Assembly (NCBI GenBank): GCA_964016885.1
Contig: OZ024742.1
Span: forward strand, 293,880,001-293,944,000
DNA: 64,000 bases
DNA from: Eledone cirrhosa
Taxonomy: Eukaryota
Direction of reading: 5' to 3'
This document shows, one piece after another, positions 16,067-26,316 of the stretch (the stretch's first letter is position 1; the number at the start of each line of letters is the position of its first letter). A program made the translations under genes and the position numbers. The notes below the pieces were generated by a model. That model was not told the origin of the DNA and searched no databases. It was given only the letters and a program-made list of their open reading frames with translations.

Positions 16067-18463
16067 ATAATAAATGTGAAGACTAAAATCCAAAGAGTTT
16101 CAGAAGATCCCATTAAGGGATTCTTTGCTTAAACTTTAATCTGTTATTTTAATAAATATATACCTATATATATATATATACACACACACACATATATATA
16201 TACAGGGAGAGAGGGAGGTGGGAAGAAAAGTTGCACACAGAAAAAAAACAAAATAAGTGGGGTGAACAAACAAAAGCATCAGCCACCCTTAGGCAATGCA
16301 ATTTCGTGTACAAGAGCAGTATTGTATAATATTCAGCCCAGGTTGCACAATAGCTTCAAAAAATCCACCAGAAAGATGCATATGAAAGTACATGAAAGAT
16401 GCATATGAAATTACCAGAAAGATGCATATGAAACTAGATAGAGTCAAGGAAGAACAAGAGAGAGTTTTTTCAACTAGGACAGCAAAACAAGTACATAAAC
16501 AAGACAGGATATAGTTAATAAATGTAAACAGTTAGTTTATCAAAGAAGAAGTGCATAGCACTATAGCATTAACATTACAGTAGTAATAAATAGCAAGATT
16601 ATATGTAGAACAAATTAAATATGTTGGTAACAAAAGCATCTATATTCCTCATTAGCCACCCCTTGGGAAAGGCAATTTCGTGCATAAGTCTGTATTGCAT
16701 AATTTATCAATGGGTCTCTTAAATTGTTTTAATCTAATATATATTATTTGTTAACATGTTATCTTTGTCAAATATTTGGCCATAATCCATACATAACAGT
16801 GGAACTTTCTTGAAGTGTCTCTCCACACAGAGACTAACACCAGATAAATGCTGATGATTATGATGACCATGATGGTGATGACGATGATATGATAATGTTA
16901 ACAACAATAATGACAATGGTGATGAGGATGATATGACAATGATGATGATGATGATGACGATGATAATGTTAACAACAATAATGAGAATGAGGATGATGAT
17001 AATGATGATGACCAAGGTTAATAACATAATAAAATAAAACTAAAACTAATTAGCCATTTGTCTCTTTATTTGTTAATAAAAATAATGATAATTAGTCTTG
17101 CTACATATTAATTACTATAAAACTAATGATAAAAATAAATTAAAATAAATACAGCAAAGATCAAATGATGACAACAACAACAGCTATAATGTGAACAACA
17201 ACAACAACAATGACAACAGTCTACATCAATAATGTTAAATATATGTTTCTATGTAGATAAATCCTCATATGATATGCACTGATATACATAAGCACATTCA
17301 TATATACATATACACATACATATATCTTTGCATGTATAGTATATATATATATATATATATATACATATATATATACGAAAATGTTCAACACCCCGACGGC
17401 AGAGCTCAAGCTGTTTCGACGGCTATTTCTAGACTCACTCTACTACCCTAAGTATTGAGTACTCTGGTGCGTTATGGTCTACCTGGTTCTTTACCACACT
17501 TCCTTCATTATCTATATATATATATAAACGGAAAAAAATGAAACGAAATTTCATTTCCCACTCTTAGTACGGCTGTTACTTAAATATAAGTATGTACACA
17601 TACATACATATATGTATACAGACGTACAGTAGTATGTATATATATATACATACATGCACACATATATATATGTACGTATGGATTCACCGAACATTTATAA
17701 TGCTCGGTGTGTTTGTAAACAAACATCCCGTATTAAGCCGTAGTGTCTCTAAACCACCGTTGCTCGTTTGTTCAACACTGACAAAGGAACGCTGTACTAG
17801 TTTCAAGCTTATTAGCTATCGTCAGCAACGTATAACTTCCTGCCAGATTGTTGAACATATATACTTACCTTATGCATATTAACGGCTGAGTAGCCCAATT
17901 TGCATATCGAGTGGGTTAATCGGCCGGGTGCACCGAAAACGATAAACGGAAAAAAATGAAACAAAATTTCATTTCCCACTCTTAGTACGGCTGTTACTTA
18001 AATATAAGTATGTACACATACATACATATATGTATACAGACGTACAGTAGTATGTATATATATATACATACATGCACACATATATATATGTACGTATGGA
18101 TTCACCGAACATTTATTATAATGCTCGGTGTGTTTGTAAACAAACATCCCGTATTAAGCCATAGTGTCTAGCAACCACCGTTGCTCATTTGTTCAACACT
18201 GACAAAGGAACGCTATTCTAGTTTCAAGCTTATTAGCTATCGTCAGCAACGTATACCTTCCTGCCAGATTGTTGAACATATATACTTACCTTATGCATAT
18301 TAACGGCTGAGTAGCCCAATTTGCATATCGAGTGGGTTAATCGGCCGGGTGCACCGAAAACGATAAACGGAAAAAAATGAAAAGAAATTTCATTTCCCAC
18401 TCTTAGTACGGCTGTTACTTAAATATAAGTATGTACTCATACATACATATATGTATACAGACG

Positions 18464-19383
18464 CTGGTTGGAAAAAGTTCAGAGAGCTTATACCACTATT
18501 AGCTGCTAAAGGGTTCTCCCTAAAAATGAAAGGCAGGTTGTACGATGCCTGCATACGAACAGCAATGTTGCATGGCAGTGAGACCTGGGCATTGTGTGCA
18601 GAGGATATACGCAGACTAGAGAGGAACGAAGCTGGCATGCTCCGCTGGATGTGTAACAGTAATATACGTGAACGGCAAAGCATAAACGAACTAAGGAAAA
18701 AATTAGAAATAAGAGGGATCAGATGTTGTTTACTCGAGAGAAGGCTACGTTGGTATGGACACGTGATGCGCATGAAAGTCGATAGCTGTATAACAAAGTG
18801 CAGGGCAATAAAGATAGACGGTAGCCACGGAATAGGCAGACCTAGAAAAACCTGGGACGAGCTGATAAACTCCGACCTCACACACTTACACTTCTCCAAG
18901 ACAATGTCACTGGACCAAGACCTTTGGCGGTACTCAGTAACAGAGAAGACCCGCCTTACCTAGATACAAAAATAAAATAAATAAATACATAGTAAAACCT
19001 ACTACAGCCAGTAGGCATCTCTAACAAAATACACCCCGTCCCACCACCACCACCCCCACCCCATCCACACCACCCCGTTCTATGTAAAGTTATGTTGGTG
19101 CCGCGCCATCCAGGCCGAAACAAATGAGATCGTGTAGGTGTCACGACAAAAAAACACACAGTCCATGCTGTAATGTGGCCGTGTAGGCAACACGGTAAAA
19201 ACCTCCCAGACCCACACTGTAAATGTGGTTGGTGTTAGGAAGGGCATCCAACTGTAGAAAACCTGCCAGACAGTCCTATGCGAGCAAGACAATCACTCTT
19301 GCCTCAAGTGGGACTACCCCCGTCCAAACCCATGCAAGCGTGGAACACGGACGTTAAACGTTGATGATGATGATGATGATGAT
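18464..19383 (+). mobile_element. 5'-truncated RTE copy inserted in unit 3 of the 420-bp array
   Basis: Nearly identical to the 3' end of the 9285-12822 element, with an (atg)n tail. The array unit resumes at 19384. Confidence 0.93.
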
Positions 19384-20732
19384 ATACATACATGCACACA
19401 TATATATATGTACGTATGGATTCACCGAACATTTATTATATGCTCGGTGTGTTTGTAAACAAACATCCCGTATTAAGCCGTAGTGTCTCTAAACCACCGT
19501 TGCTCGTTTGTTCAACACTGACAAAGGAACGCTGTACTAGTTTCAAGCTTATTAGCTATCGTCAGCAACGTATACCTTCCTGCCAGATTGTTGAACATAT
19601 ATACTTACCTTATGCATATTAACGGCTGAGTAGCCCAATTTGCATATCGAGTGGGTTAATCGGCCGGGTGCACCGAAAACGATAAACTGAAAAAAATGAA
19701 ACAAAATTTCATTTCCCACTCTTAGTACGGCTGTTACTTAAATATAAGTATGTACACATACATACATATATGTATACAGACGTACAGTAGTATGTATATA
19801 TATATACATACATGCACACATATATATATGTACGTATGGATTCACCGAACATTTATTATAATGCTCGGTGTGTTTGTAAACAAACATCCCGTATTAAGCC
19901 GTAGTGTCTCTAAACCACCGTTGCTCGTTTGTTCAACACTGACAAAGGAACGCTGTACTAGTTTCAAGCTTATTAGCTATCGTCAGCAACGTATACCTTC
20001 CTGCCAGATTGTTGAACATATATACTTACCTTATGCATATTAACGGCTGAGTAGCCCAATTTGCATATCGAGTGATTAATCGGCCGGGTGCACCGAAAAC
20101 GATACACGGAAAAAAATGAAACAAAATTTCATTTCCCACTCTTAGTACGGCTGTTACTTAAATATAAGTATGTACACATACATACATATATGTATACAGA
20201 CGTACAGTAGTATGTATATATATATACATACATGCACACATATATATATGTACGTATGGATTCACCGAACATTTATTATAATGCTCGGTGTGTTTGTAAA
20301 AAACATCCCGTATTAAGCCGTAGTGTCTAGCAACCACCGTTGCTCGTTTGTTCAACACTGACAAAGGAACGCTGTACTAGTTTCAAGCTTATTAGCTATC
20401 GTCAGCAACGTATACCTTCCTGCCAGATTGTTGAACATATATACTTACCTTATGCATATTAACGGCTGAGTACATATATATATGTGTGCATGTATGTATA
20501 TATATATACATACTACTGTACGTCTGTATACATATATGTATGTATGTGTACATACTTATATTTAAGTAACAGCCGTACTAAGAGTGGGAAATGAAATTTC
20601 GTTTCATTTTTTTCCGTTTATCGTTTTCGGTGCACCCGGCCGATTAACCCACTCGATATGCAAATTGGGCTACTCAGCCGTTAATATGCATAAGGTAAGT
20701 ATATATGTTCAACAATCTGGCAGGAAGTTATA

Positions 20733-20773
20733 CGTTGCTGACGATAGCTAATAAGCTTGAAACTAGTACAGCG
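20733..20773 (+). ncRNA. Minimal type I hammerhead ribozyme (representative of 10 copies in the 420-bp family)
   Basis: CGTTG CTGACGA T-AGCT-aata-AGCT-T GAAA CTAG TA CAGCG. Canonical core, 5-bp stem I, 4-bp stem II, palindromic stem III ACTAGT. Predicted cleavage after GUA at 20768. Confidence 0.88.
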
Positions 20774-20975
20774 TTCCTTTGTCAGTGTTGAACAAACGAG
20801 CAACGGTCGTTGCTAGACACTACAGCTTAATATGGGATGTTTGTTTACAAACACACCGAGCATTATAATAAATGTTCGGTGAATCCATACGTACATATAT
20901 ATATGTGTGCATGTATGTATATATATATACATACTACTGTACGTCTGTATACATATATGTATGTATCTGTACATA

Positions 20976-21022
<47 letters not shown>

Positions 21023-21029
<7 letters not shown>

Positions 21030-21326
21030 TAACAGATTAAAGTTTAAGCAAAGAATCGCTGCTTTCACCCTGAACGGGATCTTCTGAAACTAAAAAAAAT
21101 CAATCTGTGAATGCAGAAGTAAATATTTCGAAAAACGTTGCCACCGAAGGAGGATTCAACCGAAGTTTCAGAAGATCCCGTTAAGAGTGAAAGCAGCAAT
21201 TCTTTGCTTAAACTTTAATCTGTCATTTTCATAAATATTTGCTCTACGGTTCTTATATATTTGATATATATTTATCCTTATCGAGCCCTCTTTGGATTTT
21301 AGTCTTCAAATTTATTATTATTACTA
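21023..21326. mobile_element. Fold-back element with two HHR-like motifs (CAGAAGA core) at 21041-21091(-) and 21164-21214(+); relatives at ~16062-16155, ~46586-46680, ~57000-57130
   Basis: AGTTT CAGAAGA T-CCC-gttca-GGG-T GAAA GCA...TGC TT AAACT, with stems I, II and III all pairable. Flanked by (TA)n. Confidence 0.7.
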
Positions 21327-21342
21327 TATATATATATATTAT

Positions 21343-22028
21343 ATAAATGGAAAAAATGAAACGAAATTTCATTTCTCACTCTTAGTACGGCTGTTACTGT
21401 CAGTGTTGAACAAAAGGGCAACGATGGTTGCTAAACACTGTACGGCTTAATTCGGGATATTTGTTTACAAACAAGCCGAGCATTATAATAAATGTTCGGT
21501 AAATCCATACGTACATATATATATGTGTGCATATATGTATATATATACATACTACTGTACGTCTGTATACATATATGTATGTACGTATACATACTTAAAT
21601 TTAAGTAACAGCCGTACTAAGAGTGAGAAATAAAATTTTGTTTCATTTTTTCCATTTTCGGTTTTCGGTGCGCTCGGCCGATTAACTCATTCGATATGCA
21701 AATTAGGCTGCTCAGCCGTTATTATGCATAAGGAAAGTAAATACTTTCAGACGTTCAATCATCTGGCAGGAAGGTATACGGTGCTGACGGTAGCTAATAA
21801 GCTTGAAACTAGTATATCGTTCCTTTGTCAGTGTTGAACAAAAGGGCAACGATGGTTGCTAAACACTGTACGGCTTAATTCGGGATGTTTGTTTGTTTAC
21901 AACAAACCGAGCATTATAATAAGTGCTCGGTAAATCCATACGTATATATATATATATCTGTGTGCATGTATGTATATATATACATACTACTGAACGTCTG
22001 TATACATATATGTATGTACGTATACATA

Positions 22029-22032
<4 letters not shown>
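21343..22032. repeat. 420-bp family cluster II (short direct piece plus inverted ~1.5 units); HHR at 21779-21819(+) with A9G change
   Basis: Same sequence family as 17524-20980; the core reads CTGACGG. Confidence 0.85.
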
Positions 22033-22096
<64 letters not shown>

Positions 22097-22099
<3 letters not shown>

Positions 22100-22199
22100 G
22101 GTGTCCCCCCAAAAATGTATACATACTATAATTACCTGTACAGGCAATATTTATTAGGATGTTGTTGAAGTGTGTATACATTTTTAGGGGGACACCCTG
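22097..22199. mobile_element. Tc1/mariner-type MITE
   Basis: TIRs cagggtgtcccccc.aaaaatgtataca / tgtatacatttttagggggacaccctg, preceded by TA. Confidence 0.75.
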
Positions 22200-22277
22200 T
22201 CTATATATATTCATTTACATTACGATTTATACGCAAACACTTATTCTTCCTTATATACATAATTATGTATATATTAT

Positions 22278-23369
22278 ATGTGGCCGATGCTCAGGTGCAA
22301 TAGGTAGCAAGTGTCCACAGGATACTAGTCCCTTCTATTGCCCAGATGGTTCTATAGAAATAGTAGACACTTTCCGTTACCTGTGTGACGAAATCAGCAG
22401 TGGTGGAGGGTCTTCTGAAAGTACAGTAGCCAGAGTCAGAACAGGATGGAAAAAGTTCAGAGAGCTTATACCACTGTTGGCCACAAATAGTTTCTCTCTA
22501 AAAATGAAAGGCAGATTGTATGATGCTTGTATACGAACAGCAATGCTACATGGCAGTGAGACATGGGCATTGCGTGCAGAGGACCTGCGTAGACTGGAAA
22601 GGAACGAAGCATGCATGCTACGTTGGATATGTAATAGTAATATACATGAACGGCAAAGCATAAATGAACTAAGTGAGAAATTAGGAATAAGAGGGATCAG
22701 ATGCTGTTTACTTGAGAGAAGACTACGTTGGTATGGACACGTGATGCGCATGAAAGTCGATAGCTGTATAACAAAGTGCAGGGCAATAAAGATAGACGGT
22801 AGCCACGGAATAGTCAGACCTAGAAAAACCTGGGACGAGCTGATAAACTCCGACCTCACACACTTACACCTCTCCAAGACAATGTCACTGGACCGAGATC
22901 TTTGGCGCTACGCAGTAATACAGAAGACCCGCGTTGTCTATGTACAAAGCGAAACCTACAGTCAGTAGGCACCTCTTAACCAAATATACACCCCAATCCA
23001 CTACCCCTACCCTATCCTCCCACTCCCACCAACACCACCCTCTCTCTATAAAGTTGGTACCACAACATCCAGTTCAAATAAATGAGATAATGAGATCGAG
23101 ATCGAGATCGAGATCGTGTAGGTGTCACGAGAAAAAACACACAGTCCACGCTGTAATGTGGCCGTGTAGGTAACACGGTAAAAACCTCCCAGTTCCACAC
23201 TGTAAATGTGGTTGGTGTTGGGAAGGGCATCCAGCCGTAGAAAACCTGCCAGATAGTCCTATATGAGCGAGACATGGTCACCCGACCAACCTTGCCTCAA
23301 GTGGCACAACTCCCATGCTAGCGTGTAAAATGGACGTTAAACGAAGATGATGATGATGATGATGATGAT
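22278..23369 (+). mobile_element. 5'-truncated RTE copy (more diverged subfamily)
   Basis: ORF 22159-22968 C-terminus is homologous to the RTE ORF, with a related 3' UTR and (atg)n tail. Confidence 0.9.
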
Positions 23370-24071
23370 ATATTTAATCTGGAATTCTGGTGTATACACA
23401 TACATACACTAACACACTTACATACACACACATATATATACATATCTATGTGTATGTGAATATGTCCATCTGTGTGTATGTGTGTATCCGTATTTTTCTC
23501 TGTGTGTCAGTGTTTTGAAAGAAACCAAATTACAAAGAATCGTCTCCTTGGTCCAACTTCAAATATTTACTTTTTAATTAAGCAACCACCCACCCATCCC
23601 CACTTCCCTTACCTCACCTCATCTTACAGTTTCTCAATTAGCCCCACCACCACCATCATCATCATCATATTCACCATTAACATCATCACACCACCATCTG
23701 AAAGGGTCATCACTGACTATGCCAATACCCAGCCACTCACCTCTCAGAGAGGCCAGACACTGCATCTCACTTACATGTACATTTTCACTCCACTCAACAA
23801 AGTATACCATGTATAATTTGGTGACAGCATTGTCATGTCTTTGACACTACTAGCAACTACATATGCCATATATGCATATATACACAAATATACATCCAAA
23901 CTTATACACATTTGATGCAGGCATGGCTTTGTGGGTAAGGAGTTCACTTCATAACCGTGAGATTTCATGTTCAGTCCCACTGTATGGAGAAAATGTATTC
24001 TACTATTGATTGACCAATGCTTTGTGAGTGAAAATTGGTAGAGAGAAACGTTTTGGAAGCCTGTTGTTATG

Positions 24072-24160
<89 letters not shown>

Positions 24161-24163
<3 letters not shown>

Positions 24164-24351
24164 GGAAAAAGTATGACCCCGACGGCAGAGCTCAAGCCAT
24201 TTCGACGGCTATTTCTAGAAATAGCCGTCGAAACGGCTTGAGCTCTGCCGTCGGGGTCATACTTTTTCCTATTACCCACTCTACTTCCCTAGGTATTGAG
24301 TACTCTAGTGTGTTATGGTCCATCTGGTTCCTTACCACAATTCCTTCGTTA
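24161..24351. mobile_element. Fold-back element: 112-bp palindrome (24161-24272) plus tail; relatives at ~17385-17515 and ~37240-37365
   Basis: Near-perfect palindrome centred on tttctagaaa. The arm contains GAAA CGGC..GCCG TC (HHR 3' half). Flanked by (TA)n. Confidence 0.75.
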
Positions 24352-24387
24352 TATATATATAAAACTAGAACTTCTTGTGATCAAGTA

Positions 24388-24454
24388 TATTTTATTATAC
24401 ATATTTCAGAGGTACTGAGCTAACTTCAACAGTACGTCCTCATCAGATAAAATA
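24388..24454 (-). ncRNA. Type I hammerhead ribozyme
   Basis: Minus strand: TATTTTAT CTGATGA GGAC-GTACTG...CAGTAC-CTCT GAAA TATGTA TA ATAAAATA. 8-bp stem I, canonical core. Confidence 0.85.
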
Positions 24455-24563
24455 AGATGATGCATGACATACCCTGACATAGTAGATGGTTAAGATCCAG
24501 TCATGGTAATCAAATTCTTTGATTGATTTATTGAACCTTGTTTAACCTTTAAATATATATATA

Positions 24564-25617
24564 TATGGAATAGAATGAAACGAAATTTCATTTCTCACTC
24601 TTAGTACGGCACTTACTTAAATGCAAGTATGTATGTATACGTACATACATATATGTATACAGACGTACAGTAGCATGTATATATATACATACAGGCACAC
24701 ATATATATATGCACGTATCAGTTTACCGAACATTTATTATAATGCTCGGTTTGTTCGTTTGTAAACAAACAAACAGCCTGAATTATGCCGTACAGTGTTT
24801 AGGCAACCACGTCACCTTTTTGTTCAACACTGACACAGGAACGATGTACTAGTTTCAAGCTTATTAGCTATCGTCAGCACAGTATACCTTTCTGCCAGAT
24901 GGTTGAACGTCCGAAAGTATATACTTTCCTTATGAAAATTAACGGCTGAACAGCCTAATTTGCATATCGAGTGAGTTCAGTCGGCCAGGCGCACCGAAAA
25001 CGATAAATGGAATAGAATGAAACGAAATTTCATTTCTCACTCTAACAAACCGAGCATTATAATAAATGTTCGGTAAACTGATACGTGCATATATATATGT
25101 GTGCCTGTATTTGTATATATACATGCTACTGTACGTCTGTATACATATATGTATGTACGTATACATACATACTTGCATTTAAGTAAGTGCCGTACTAAGA
25201 GTGAGAAATGAAATTTCGTTTCATTCCATTTATCGTTTTCGGTGCGCCTGGCCGACTGAACTCACTCGATATGCAAATTAGGCTGCTCAGCCGTTAATTT
25301 TCATAAGGAAAGTATATACTTTCGGACGTTCAACCATCTGGCAGAAAGGTATACAGTGCTGACGATAGCTAATAAGCTTGAAACTAGTACATCGTTCCTG
25401 TGTCAGTGTTGAACAAAAAGGTGACGTGGTTGCCTAAACACTGTACGGCATAATTCAGGCTGTTTGTTTGTTTACAAACGAACAAACCGAGCATTATAAT
25501 AAATGTTCGGTAAACTGATACGTGCATATATATATATGTGTGCCTGTATGTATATATATATACATGCTACTGTACGTCTGTATACATATATGTATGTACG
25601 TATACATACATACTTGC

Positions 25618-25621
<4 letters not shown>
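24564..25621. repeat. 420-bp family cluster III, inverted pair (inversion at ~25043); HHRs at 24842-24882(-) and 25354-25394(+)
   Basis: One direct unit followed by a reverse-complement unit, flanked by (TA)n. Confidence 0.88.
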
Positions 25622-25677
<56 letters not shown>

Positions 25678-25680
<3 letters not shown>

Positions 25681-26094
25681 GATATTAAATAAATGGAAGC
25701 TATATTTATAAAACCATATATATTCTATTATATATATTTCAAGGGTACCAAAAATGTTGGTATGCTATCATCAGATAAAATACAAAATGTTTTATAAATA
25801 TTTGACATGACCAAGGATAATATACCTTAACGGTTCAAGTTATCCCTGGAAAGTTGAACCGTTAAGGTATATTATCCTTGGTCATGTCAAATATTTATAA
25901 AACATTTTGTATTTTATCTGATGATAGCATACCAAAATTTTTGGTACCCTTGAAATATATATAATAGAATAAATATGGTTTCCATTTATTTAATATCATT
26001 GAATACTTACTCCAGAAAACTGTCGAGTGCTTTGAAACTGTTATAAACATCTATATTTGTTGGATTTCCAACAAAAATTAAATATCTCTTCTAC
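25678..26094. mobile_element. Fold-back element (palindrome 25678-26000 plus tail) with HHRs at 25721-25782(-) and 25910-25971(+)
   Basis: TATTTTAT CTGATGA tagca-TACCAAAA-t-TTTTGGTA-ccctt GAAA TATATA TA ATAGAATA. Family members at 31380-31655 and 46841-47170. Confidence 0.85.
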
Positions 26095-26110
26095 ATATAT
26101 ATATGTGTGT

Positions 26111-26225
<115 letters not shown>

Positions 26226-26268
26226 CATAACAACAGGCTTCCAAAACGTTTCTGTCTACCAATTTCCA

Positions 26269-26308
<40 letters not shown>

Positions 26309-26316
26309 CATATATA

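Larger units (their letters stand above)
17524..20980. repeat. Array of ~420-bp hammerhead-containing units: 5 direct units, then ~1.2 inverted units (inversion at ~20471)
   Basis: Units start at ~17524, 17942, 18363, 19682 and 20102. HHRs at 17790-17830, 18211-18251, 19530-19570, 19951-19991, 20370-20410 (all minus) and 20733-20773 (plus). Confidence 0.92.

Noticed and set aside
16280-16705. ~50-bp imperfect direct repeat 375 bp apart, and a 3x agaaagatgcatatgaaa repeat
   Set aside because: Too short and diverged to call an LTR or element; no TG..CA ends or TSD.
17592-20043. Repeated 76-97-aa ORFs (..[20 protein letters not shown]..) in the 420-bp units
   Set aside because: They are antisense to the ribozyme strand, partly microsatellite-derived, and broken by indels or stops in other copies.
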